The position numbers and the translations under genes were made by a program. Shown here piece by piece: positions 12,784 through 24,810 of a stretch of 64,000 bases of DNA. Under the pieces are notes generated by a model. The model saw only the letters and a list, made by a program, of their open reading frames with translations. It was not told the origin of the DNA and searched no databases. Location of the stretch: positions 2,728,001 to 2,792,000 of the forward strand of contig JBNJNM010000006.1 of NCBI GenBank assembly GCA_052426225.1, in the 5' to 3' direction. Each line of letters begins with the position of its first letter. The stretch's first letter is position 1. The DNA comes from Zancudomyces culisetae HAW-14-8. Lineage: Eukaryota > Fungi > Kickxellomycota.

Positions 12784-14120
12784 ATGGGGGCCACACAGCA
12801 TAGACCTCTTCACTTCATCCAACAACAACCAACTTCCGGTATACGGGAGTTGGTACAAGGACCCGAAGGCTGCAGTCCAGCACGCTTTCCGAACGACATG
12901 GTAGACGTGGAAGAGCTCATACATATGCCCTATATGGAACTTACTTATGTGGGTCTTTAAAAAGATCAAGGAGGACCGGGCAAGAGCCACACTGATTTCA
13001 CCAAACTGGCAATCAGCAATGTGGTACCCGTCGTTGAGGAGGATTTGCTGCAGGAGATCCATACAAGTACCAGCAGCGACAGTAATGGCAGTGTGACCCA
13101 CATCGATAATGGAGAAGAACAAGGTCCGGACACTAATGACATGGAGGGTAGACGGGGATCGAAAAGGAAAGAACTCTCAAGCGAAGCTCTCGAACTTATG
13201 GCAAAGTACCCAAGAGCTACAAAAAGAAGAATGCAAGCGGAAGGGATAGTCAACAAGTTCATGCGATGGAGTGAGAAGCGAAAGGACAGTACAACCGGAG
13301 TAATCAGTATAATTAACTATCTAACAGAGATATACAGAGAAGGCAGACTATCGCCTCAAACAAACATTAACTACAAGTCGACATTGGTAGGAAAAATCGA
13401 TCATGACAACACTACCGCAGAGGAGCATAAAATTTTAAACGAGTTTACAAAGACCATGAAGGAATTAAGCTTTAAGAGTTTCATTGACGTATATTATAAC
13501 ATAAAAATAATTATAGAGGAAATTAAAATTGGGGGGAAAATGGAAGCCTAAGCATATCACAGTTAACAAGCAAAGTTTGCTGGCTACTCGTGGTTACCGG
13601 ATTCATGAGACCGAGCGATCTGTTCTGGGCGGACGACGCACAAACCAAAGTAACAGAACACCATATAAGCATAATAGTGATTGCTCCTAAAGAGAAGAGA
13701 GAAGGGTCACCAATTATCAAGGAAATAAATATTAATAGCTACAGTGACCGAAGAATATGCCCAGTAGCGGCATATACGGAATACAAGAAAAGAACATGAC
13801 AAGTGAGCTGTGTCATAGAACAAAAAAATATCCAAATATTTTATTACATAGAATATTGAGACACTAATAATTATAACAAACACTTGTCTACTAGCTCAAT
13901 AGGACGATATATTAAAGAATAAAATAAGTTGATGATATTACCAGCTGGAACAAAAAAGATCAAAGCATGAGCACAGGGTGCCTAGTTGGCATTACGAGCA
14001 GGTAAAAGTCGAGGAAAGATTGTCTACCATGCATTCTGGTTCAATCTTAATGTATTCAATAACCACTACCGCCTGAGCCGGTTTTCAAACGTAAAAATCA
14101 CACAGGCGATACTGGGCTAG
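12784..14120 (+). mobile_element. Degenerate DIRS-like retrotransposon fragment (methyltransferase-like domain and tyrosine recombinase)
   Basis: WGPHSIDLFTSSNNNQLPVY..DPKA (DIRS MT-like); GFMRPSDL, APKEKREG, CPVAAY (YR motifs); stops and frameshifts. Confidence 0.75.
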
Positions 14121-14818
14121 GAAGTTCACAATTCGATACCACTCCGTGATATACAATGAGTTTCAAAAAAGTCTCAAAATATTGATAAAATTTTTTTCAA
14201 GTGTAATATCTCGCACAATTTTATCCAGAAATTACGCATTTATTAATTAGTATAAATCACAAATAATAATATTAATTTTTTATATATTGTGATTTTTTTG
14301 GTAAAAAACTCATTCTGAAATTGATATTTGAAAAATATAATATAAATGTAACAATTTTGGTAATTTTTCGAAAAAAATTTTAAAATATCTAACTTTATGT
14401 ATTCTAATCATAAATTTCTAAATCTTGTTCTGTGACATATATATTATTTTTAAATATTACTATATAATTTTTTAAAAAATGATATCTGAAATACGTAAAC
14501 GTGATATAATAACGCGACAATTGAATGTAGAAGCATGTAACAGCCAATATGTTACATGATACGACCCATAATATATGATATTCATATTCTATATAACCAT
14601 TTGTTTTATGATAATGTATTAATTACCTATTAATTACAACATGTCCTTACAATAAAAATCGTTCTGTGAAATTTTGGATTCTTCTAACTCCTAGTTAATC
14701 AGTCTAGTTTAGTTATAAAAATAAATTAAATAATCATATGATTATGGGTAATAATGTGCCAAATACTCCCGAAATAGTATAGTTTTCCGGAGCCTCTGAA
14801 CATTTTTTTCCCTTCATG

Positions 14819-15205
14819 TGTTGGCTTTAATTGAGTTTATTTAGAATTTGCATTTTGAAGAATATTAACTTCATAAATGAAGAGAATAATTTACACTGCA
14901 CTTCAATAGACACTTTCTGTCGGGGTTTAAATAATTGAAGAGACAACTAAAAAATAAGAAAAATTATTGTTGTGCATGAATTATTATACGTTAGTGATGT
15001 TTCAGATAATAATCACATCCAGACATTTACATAGATGTAATCCAGTAGAGAATTTATATATAGATGTAAACCATATTAATCACGTTATCATGTTATGTTC
15101 TAATTCTGTTATTGTAACTTTACGTGTTCATTTTACAATAAAATTTGAAATAATAATATATTAATTATAACTGTTAAAGCTAAAAATATTAACTAATTCA
15201 TAATA
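14819..15205. mobile_element. ~390-bp AT-rich insertion in the gag remnant (possibly an eroded solo LTR)
   Basis: Absent from the homologous copy at ~24120-24135; begins TGTTGG; CATG/TATG at the flanks. Confidence 0.4.
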
Positions 15206-17632
15206 TATGGCTCAGATCCGCTGACAGTTTTGAGCAAAATCAGATTCATTACCTAAAGAAAAGAAAAGGATTGATTTTATCTGTGCCCACTTCTCAGTCC
15301 ATGTCGTCACTTGGTTTGAAGATATTCTTAATCCGAAGCCAAGCTCCCAGAAACCACACCTAATCTATTGTCCTCATATGAAGAGTTTATATAAAGTTTC
15401 AAGATCAGATTCTCTGACCCCGGCCACAAATCACGTTGCCGATGACAAATCTGCTGAAAAAAGACATCTAATTCATTTGGGGTCCTGATCAGCAAAAGTC
15501 ATATGACACACTGAAAACCATGCTTACGACTTCACCCGTGTTACGGTATCCTGACCCCGGTAAGCAGTTCCTAGTTGAGACTGACGCATCAGACTATGCC
15601 ATTGGTGCAATTCTGTCGCAAGCCGACGAGAAAGGAGACTTCCGCCCCTGTGCTTATTACTCTTACAAGCTCAAGGCAGCAGAACTAAACTACAATGTTT
15701 ATGATAAGGAGCTACTAGGAATAGTAAAGGCACTTAAGGAATGGAGACATTACTTGGAAGGCGCTCGACACCAGTTCATCGTTTTGACAGACCATAAAAA
15801 CCTTGAAACCTTCAAAACTTCAAAGGTACTCAATAGACGCCACGCAAGATGGTCATTGGAGTTCAGCCGTTACGACTTTGTGATCACCTATAGGCCTGGA
15901 AAGCTTGGAGAAAAACCTGACATTTTATCACGTACTTGGATCATGACCGCGCCTTACAAGACAAAACTATACTCCCAGCCTCAGTTTTTATCGACAGTCT
16001 AATAACCACCAATCTGTTTCTCCTAGATGATCTCGGCCTACAAACACAAAATGAGCGAATAGAATTAACTAAAAGGGCAGAAACAGAAGCAGCTAAAAAA
16101 CATCTCGCTGTAGGATCAACACCAGACAATCTCATTACTCTGGGAGATTTAGTAGTGGTACCTAAAGCATCAGTATTTAAAGTGATCAGTTCAAGGCATG
16201 ATAGCAAGTTGACAGGCCACTATGGATACAAAAAGACAGTAGAACTACTGAAAAGAGACTTCTGGTTCCCACATATGCATCGTTCAGTCAAGGAATTCAT
16301 CGCAGGTTGCGACAGATGCAACCGATCCAAGACATCAAGGAAGAAAAAGCAAGGACTTCTTCAGCCACTAATCGCTCCTGATTCGCTATATAAATCTATT
16401 TCAATGGATTTCATCACTGAGTTGCCCCCTTCAAAAGGGAATACCACAATTTTAGTGGTTGTAGTTCGGTTCAGTAAAATGAGCCATTTTATACCACTAA
16501 AGAAACTGCCTTCATCTATGGAAACTTCTGAAATCATCCTCAATAACATCATCAGACTCCACGGTTTACCTGAAGAGATCATCTCTGAGCGAGGCTCTCC
16601 GTTTGCATCAAAGTTTTGGAAAGCTCTTTTTAACACTTTAGTTGTAAAAATCAAGCTCTCAACAGCGTTCCATCCTGAAACTGATGGACAAACTGAAAGA
16701 GTAAATCAGACTCTGGAATAGTATCTCCGTTTTTTCTTGCCATACCAACAAGATAATTGGACAGACCTTCTGCCATTGGCAGAATTTGCCTATAACAACT
16801 CTACTCACGAATCTACTGGATCATCCCTGTTCTTCATCAACTATGGATACCACCCACGCTTTGATCCACCTTTAATCAATAGCCATTGTTATGCCTTCTG
16901 TGCAAGAAAGAATCAACCAAATCCATCATATTTGGAAAGAAACCAATAGGCAAATCACTCTCGCTTCTTCAGCATTCAAAAAATCTGCAGACAAGAAAAG
17001 AAGAAAAAATCCTGAATATACTATAGGTGAATAAGTATGGCTATTAACAAAGAATATTCAGACTACTAGGCCTAGTAAAAAACTGGATTATAAGAAAATT
17101 GGACCATTCAGAATCAAAGAAAAGCTCAGTGATTTAGTCTACAAACTTGACCTCCCCGTCTCAATGAAAATACATCCAGTCTTTCATGTTTCACTATTGG
17201 ATAAATACTCACCTCCAGTGATTTCTGATCAACCAGCCACGCCGGAACCCATTATTATCAACAATGTATTAGAGTATGAAATTGAGGAAATACTCGATTC
17301 AAAGCTTATAAGAAATAAACTTTATTACTTGATACATTGGAAGGGATACGATATTAGTGAACGAACTTGGGAACCAGAAGCTTATATATCTGCATACCAA
17401 CACATTATTGTTTTCCATACTAAATTCCAATCTAATCTAAAATAAATATGCAATTATCAAAAAAAAATAAATATTAAAATCTTAAAAAATAATAATCTAA
17501 ACAACATACAACATTCAACAAAAAAGACCCATATCAAAAGAATAATTAAATAGTTTGTAAAAATTTTTCAAAAATTTCAAATTATAGTATAAAAATTATA
17601 ACTTCCCCTGAACAAAATGAAAAATAATAATC

Positions 17633-17865
17633 GAGTGAACTCGCTTAATTTATAAGCGAGTTTGCTGTAAGATCGTCAGGGAGAAGACGAATCAGCTGGT
17701 ATGAATGTGGGGCTATAGGCGGCCAATGTGCGCAAGCGAAAGCGAGCACCGGAGCGTCCCACCTCTTCTAAATTTCTTTTAGGAAGCCGGTACTGATTTG
17801 CGGAACACCGAATGGTGTGGCTCTCAACGTTAATTTCGATTAAAAAATATATAGTCGAATTTCCC
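17633..17865 (+). ncRNA. Candidate structured cis-RNA element in the retrotransposon 3' UTR (copy A)
   Basis: GC-rich island with about 9 predicted helices and a GNRA loop; ~90% identical by eye to 24288-24518. Confidence 0.55.
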
Positions 17866-18132
17866 AACTTTGATTTAATATAATTTCATATATCTCTCAA
17901 TAATATAAAAATTATTTAAAATAAAACATATTTATATCATCGTATTGTTCATTATTATAAAAGTACTTTTAATACTTCTTATGGAGGGGGATAATGTAAC
18001 AGAACATAATCTAGTGATACTACCCATTATTATTTTATACATTTCTTCTTCTATATAATCATTGGTTGTATGCGTAGTTGTAATTCTTAGAAAATTAGAA
18101 CCTGTTTAACCAATATAACTCGTTTTGTGACT

Positions 18133-19110
18133 ATAGTTTCTCGAAAATGGTGCATTTATCCCGTTAAAAATCTACCCACCGCATTAGAAACCGTCGACGC
18201 TTTCATATAGAAAGTTTTCATAATACATGGCATGTCAGACGAAATCATTTCTGACAGAGGCACGCAATTCACATACATATTTTGGCGCAGTCTGTTCAAA
18301 CAGCTCAGAGTATCGATAAAACTTTAATCCACTTTCCACCCAGAAACAGACGGGCAGACTGAAAGGACTAATCAAACTGAGAGCTAAACCTCAGAATGTA
18401 CAGCAATTATAAACAAGACAACTGGACAGAACTCCTCCCGTTAGCCGAATTTGCATATAACAACGCGAATCAAGCTTCACACTTAAGTCGCCGTTTTTTG
18501 CTGTATATGACTACAACCCAATAATGGACCCACCTATAGCTAATTCAGACGACACCCCACAGGCTCGCGACAAGATAAAAACAATGGAACGGATCCACAA
18601 ACAGCTAAAAAAGAACCTATCCAACGCCATTAAAAACCAAAAAAAGTTTGCAGACAACAAGCGTTCTAATCCCCCAATATTCAAAAGCGGTGACATGGTA
18701 TGGCTAAATTCAAAAAACATCAAGACCGAAAGACCCTCTCAGAAACTCGATTGGAAAAAGCTGGGACCGTTCAACGTACTAAAGAAAATTAACCAGGTAA
18801 CTTACAAACTGGCTCTCCCAGCTAGCATGAAGATCCATAATAGTTTTCACATTTCACTGTTAGAACCATACCACGCTAATAAGATTCCCAAATGAATCCG
18901 TCCTCCACCCCCGCCAATAATCGTAAATAACCGGGAAGAATTAGAAGTAGGTGAGATTTAAACAGTAAGACTTTGAGAAAAAAAATTTACTATAAGATCA
19001 GATGGAAAGTTCAAGAACCTGAAGAGGACACATGGGAACCTGTGGAACACTTAAACTGTCCCGAACTGGTAGCAAAATTCAACCAAAATACAACAGAAGC
19101 AACTTAATCA
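18133..19110 (+). pseudogene. Chromovirus integrase/chromodomain fragment from another element
   Basis: SDRGTQF, HPETDGQTERTNQ, LGPF, WEPVEHLNC motifs with stops and frameshifts. Confidence 0.85.
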
Positions 19111-20479
19111 TTATCACAACTAACCATTATTCTCCCAACAAAACTCACTAGCAATAAGGCACCGTACATGGTTATTGGATAAAGGTCCAGAGATTTTAAC
19201 TGAGTGGGGCGCCGGGAATTGTCACCATATTCTACTTCCCATTAGAACCTAAGACCACCCACAGTTTGGACTCCCCTTTATGAATTAACCATTTCGACAC
19301 AGCAAAAGCTGTTTTTAACCGATTTTGAGTTTAAGTGGTAAAATAATATTTAAACAGCGAATTAAATAATTCGGCCACAGAAATAATTATTAGAATCGAT
19401 TTCATCTCGAAATAGTCTTAGTTAAAAAATTTACTTAATAATCAAATTCAATTAATCTGCGTAGTAAAATATTATCAAACAAGGGACAAATATATTAATA
19501 TTTTAAATTTAATAATATTATATATTTTCATTTCGAATTTATCCTAACCCATGGTGTTAGGATAATATTGAATCAACCAATAGTTATTAAAACATTTGTT
19601 AGACGTATTTAAACATTAACCAAGCATATATTAATCTCTAAGTCTTTTAATCTTATATATAGGTATCAATTAATAAAAAAACATATCATGACATAAATTA
19701 ATATATAAAATGTATTGAAATGTAAATACAAGTATAAAGATTATGAGTTTTTGGTTTTTATAAATAAATTAAAATTTAAAATACATAGTTTGATTCATGA
19801 TATCATGTCGATAACATTATATTGTTAAATATAAATAATAAACATTTCTATACACAGATTTAAAATAATATAAAAAATTAATGTGATAATATTAGAGGTA
19901 TAAATCTGAATATAATACATCCGATTATCAATCCCAATAAACTACCCAATTTTAGTATTTGACTCTCAAAATTTTAACGAAATTATAGAATGTTTTAAAA
20001 ATTTATATGTTAGAATACTATATTAAAAATTTAATATACTTTATGAATATTAATTGTATAAAACAATTGTTACAAAAAATTAAAAATATAAAAGCAGGCT
20101 AAAGTGATGAGTAATATACAGATAGATTAATTTACTCTGTAACTATCAAAGATAAAAAAATATAATTATAAAATGGCAATGAAAATAGTATTTATCTTAT
20201 AACTTGGGTAAATAATAACTAACACAAATCATATATTGATGAAGTTCTGAAAAAGCGGATCAGAGTGTAGAAATGCTTTATGTAAACTAATAGGCTGACG
20301 ACCTCGACAAACCTTAATTGCATCCAGTCCCACATATCGATAAGTTTTATGATAAAAAGAGAACCACTAATCTGGGGGTAGTATACTTTAACTTTCACAG
20401 AATACAGGACGCAAATAAGTCTTGAAAGAGACATACGGGTAAATGATCTAAAAGTCAACATTTTCGAGACATCGAGTAC

Positions 20480-21248
20480 TGTCATGATCCAAGCATGACA
20501 TTATTGCTATTAATATAACATATTAAAAATAGCAAATGTTAATTTTATTAACATTTTCTCCGCTTTAATTCTTACTCCATAAATATTAATTATTGATAAG
20601 AATTAATATTTATTACAAATTTGGTTTTACCCCAAATTATAAAATGTTAACTGTGGAGTTAGCATTTAATATTAATTAATTTTTAAGAAATAGTTTAAAG
20701 TAAAATTTTATTATGTTATACAATTAATTTTGTATATTGAAAAACTATATAAGAACAATGATTTTATTGCTTTAGGAAACTTTAGAAATAAAATGCTTTC
20801 ATCTCATAGTAAATATTAAATAAATCATATTCATACTAATGTCATGATCCAATATGACATTTTGGGAAAAAACCAAAATAAAATTAAATTTGGGTAAAAT
20901 CAAAATTAACCACATTTTGAGAAAAAATAAATTATCCACAATTTGGGTTAACCAAAATTGGTTCACATTCTTTTTCAAATTCCCAACCCCCAACTCATTA
21001 TTAAATTACATTTAATATCGAGTTGTGCTGTTATGTTTCATGCCTAGTTATATATTGTACTTTAATTTTATTCGAATTAAAGTGAGTTTTAAAACTATAA
21101 ATACTTAGAGATTAATTGTAAAGATCTTTAGCAATAAAATAACAACTTTCTTTAACTATAGCTTTCGAACATAAATAAAATAATAATATCACTCAGTTGT
21201 CAAGTCCTGACAAGTATATACATATATTATTAGTGTCAAGTCCTGACA
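20480..21248 (+). mobile_element. Solo LTR (hairpin-ended family) containing a second related LTR
   Basis: TGTCATGATCCAAGCATGACA...TGTCAAGTCCTGACA; perfect TSD AGTAC (20475-20479 and 21249-21253). Confidence 0.85.
20840..21212 (+). mobile_element. Nested solo LTR with the same termini
   Basis: TGTCATGATCCAATATGACA...TGTCAAGTCCTGACA; TSD eroded (ACTAA/AGTAT). Confidence 0.75.
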
Positions 21249-23853
21249 AGTACAAGAATAAATTATCCTTTATCATAATCCCTGACTGCATGGAAATACC
21301 GAGCTATGGTGTCGTCAGAAGAGCAGAAAAATATATGGAACCGTACGATAAATCATAGATGATGGGATATGTTAGTAACACAATTGCAATGCGATATACA
21401 CATACGACCTCAAAATTGTTTTCGCAAGGTAAGACAAACAGGTCAAGCTCCCAAGCGTATAGCCTTCGAAGGAACCAAGGTTGCAATGATGTCGAAATAC
21501 TGCGACCCACTCTGCACCTGGTGTGATTGACAAGGACATTGAAATCCTCATGCGAAATTTACAAATTGCATCAAGATAATAACCAAAAAAAACAACAAAA
21601 CCACAACAAAAAACAAAAAAACGAAAAATCACTCAATTAAAACAACCCCGAGATATTCTTCAATGAAGAAATAATAGCAAACACCTATGCAGGGGAGATG
21701 GACAAGAAATTAAAAACAGGATGGATGTAGACAACGAGGGAAACATCAACCAAAACAAACACTAAATTGAGGAAACGGAAACGAATAGACTAACACAGGT
21801 CGAAGAGCAACCTCACAATTGCGGACCTGACAAATATACAATTAACCTAAACACTGAAACTAATAACTCCAATGCAGAAACTACAATGAGTAACATCACA
21901 AACCCCACCAGCCTAAATGCCAATAATTACCAACCAGGAGCGCAATCGGCCAATCCAGAACTACTAAGTAAAATAGGTAACATATTTCAAAGCAACACAT
22001 ATTCGTTTTATACATTAGGGGTCCCAACAATTAATATTCAAATAAATTTAACCCAGTTTGTATTTATAATTATATAATTATATGATTATATAAAGTTTTA
22101 ATAACATATTTCTTGCTTGACCTAAAAAACTATAAGTAAATATATAATAATATATTTTCAAACGTCTAAATTTTGAATCTAGATATACTGTCAGAAAATA
22201 ATTTATTTAAGTTGGGTTATTTAATGTTTTCAATTTAGGATTCAAAATTAATTACACATGTATAAAATTTAATATAAACTTAACTGTAAATACTGCGTTT
22301 CTGATATATACATTTATATATAAAATATCAATTATATCATTTCCTAATACTTTCTTCAATAATATGATATTATAGTCAGTAAACTAAATAATTAACATTG
22401 TTTCTGAACGAAAATGCTAAATTTATAAATATTAATATAAAATAAACTATATATATTTAAATTATATAATTTACCACTATTATTTTCAAGTGATTACAAT
22501 CATAATTTAAAACGGGTAAAATATTTGTATAAAGTAAATATTATAACGACATCGTATGAGGACAATAAAGATAAAAAATTTCGCTTTATGATTAAGTTAA
22601 ATGATTAATCTAAAATCTTTAGCTGATTTAGTATTAATATATATTAAGAAAAGTGTAGACTATATCTACGTTTTATAATAAATGAAAATATACCTAAACT
22701 ATTAAAAGCATTAATCGTAGGATTATATACTTTTTCATCATTATTCATGATGAAAATTGTATTCACATAACCTTAAAAATCAAGAAATACACGATATCTG
22801 AAATTAAGTACAATTTCGATCATATATATATTTAATTATTTACTTTATTATAGTATAGTACAACAATATGAGTAGAGATTATATAAATTATTATATATAA
22901 AATATCATAGTTAATAAAAAAATGGGTATTTATAATACCTAATTAACTTTAATAGAATGTTATAAATTTTATGAAAAATCTTTAATAGTAAAAAAACGAT
23001 TATATGTTGCTATAATACCGAAATTTTAAGTACAGATATAACTTATAAAATATAGTACTTGATCAATTCAAGAATGAATATTTTATTTACACCGATCTAA
23101 AAATTTAATTATTGTATTATATATTATAATACAAAATGTTAATATTAATATCATTCTCACCTTTAATCTTTATCCGTATAAAATATTTATTGATTTTAGA
23201 TAATTTAAATAAACTGGGATATTATCTAATTAAATTATTGACAATTGTAGAATCAAAAGAAATATTAAAATAATTAGTTTTAAATTAATAAAATTTAAAA
23301 TAGTTTATAATATTTTAATCAGTATTATTTATCTAGTATATTTATAATGCACGATATCATGAAGATTTGGAAAAAAATATCAATAAAATACTTTTCCTTA
23401 TAGTAATAAATATTAATAACCTTTCGTCAATATAACCAAAATTACTTGATGTAAAGGCGTGAAATGAGTGATCGAGAAAATTTAGCTAGAAATGATAAAA
23501 AATGAAAAAAGTAAGGAGGGCTGTGATCGAGTAAATCATGACAAAAAAAAGAAAAGAGAAAAAGTAAGGAGTGCCGAGATTAAGAATAAGAGATAGAAGT
23601 CAAATATTCAGGACTCATTTGTAAAAATACTTAAAGATGAGGTAGTAATATAGCAGCAACAGAGCTCAATAAACTTTATAGTGAGCTGCAATAATCTATA
23701 ATAAATAAATTCGGGTCGGAAAATTTAACTTAAAATTATGATTACAGATACATTATGTAACTATAACGAACTGTTAATGGAATATTCAAAATATTTTTTT
23801 GAATATTACATTAATATATTTTATCAAATATTAAATATACTATTAATTAATTA

Positions 23854-24810
23854 AAGATAATCCAATATTGTTACTTCTTAATTCCCTTATAAATGATATA
23901 TTAAATATCTAAATATCATTTGTTTATGCATATGAATAATTCACCTATGTATTACAACCTGATTATACAATAAAACGCGTTCTATGACATTATGTAATTC
24001 TTCTAACTCCTAGGAAATCTGTCTAGTTTAGTTAAAAAATTTATTAAATAATCAAAAAATTATGGGAATAGAGACAAATACACCCGATAAATAAAAGATT
24101 TCCGGAGCCGCGAAACAATTTGTTTCAATCGTGGCTCAAACTCGCGGACAGTTTTGGTCATAATCCGATGCATTTACTACTTTACAAATTCAATACCATA
24201 ACACAATTAATTTTTGAAAATTGTATAATATTTCAAAATATAGTAGAAATATGATAACATTCCCTGAAAAAATATTAAATATTAATAGAGTGTACTAGCT
24301 TAATTTATAAGCGAGATTGCTGTAAGAGCGTCAGGTAGAAGACGAATCAGCTGGTAAGAATGTGGGGTTATAGGCGGCCAATGTGCGCAAGCGCAAGCGA
24401 GCACCAAGTGTCCCACCTCTTCTAAATTCCCATTAGGAAGCTGGTACTGATTTGCGGATCACCGAATGGTGTGGCTCAAAACGTTAGTTTCGATTAAATA
24501 TTCAAAGTCGAATTTCCCAAAATTCGATAAATATATATTTATAAATATATCAATATATTATAAAAAAAAAAACTAAAACAATCAAAACAAAAAATATATA
24601 TATAATTATATTTATAAAACTCAAATTTACCAATAGTATAAAAGTATAAAAATATTATTTCTTTGAAGGAGGGTATTGTAACCGCCAATAATGTTACATC
24701 ATACTACAAAATTATATTATACATTTCTTCTATATAATCATTTATTATATGCTTTATTGTAATTTTCTAAGAATTTAACCTGTTTAACCAATAAAACTCG
24801 TTCTGTGACA
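23854..24810 (+). mobile_element. TRIM-like non-autonomous miniature LTR element (copy B)
   Basis: Eroded 5' LTR ~23854-23989; 3' LTR 24677-24810; PPT GAAGGAGGG; ~690-bp non-coding interior colinear with both ends of copy A. Confidence 0.8.
24288..24518 (+). ncRNA. Candidate structured cis-RNA element (copy B)
   Basis: Homolog of 17633-17865; GNRA loop reads GCAA instead of GAAA. Confidence 0.55.

Larger units (their letters stand above)
14536..18132 (+). mobile_element. Internally deleted short-LTR chromovirus (copy A): gag remnant, RH, IN, chromodomain; PR and RT missing
   Basis: LTRs 14536-14671 and 17995-18132; PPT GGAGGGGGA 17983-17991; ORF pieces 15520..16002, 15936..16721, 16737..16949, 17164..17445; no matching TSD. 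Confidence 0.85.
20230..21990 (+). pseudogene. Possible LINE ORF1 remnant interrupted by nested solo LTRs
   Basis: Degenerate knuckle PLCTWCD*QGH near 21510-21545; coding-like composition on both sides of the AGTAC TSD. Confidence 0.35.

Noticed and set aside
17633-17865. Hammerhead (CTGACGA on the minus strand), SECIS (ATGAA), SRP helix 8, tRNA-Ala-like start or group I/II intron identity for the structured element
   Set aside because: The hammerhead and SECIS motifs are not conserved in copy B (CTGACGC, AAGAA), and the required partner motifs for all of these families are absent.
17676-17867. 63-aa minus-strand ORF over the structured element
   Set aside because: No recognisable motif; a 1-nt indel in copy B breaks the frame.
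23468-23572. Two imperfect direct repeats GTGATCGAG...AAAAAGTAAGGAG
   Set aside because: Only two degenerate units in eroded TE-like DNA; no function or family can be supported.
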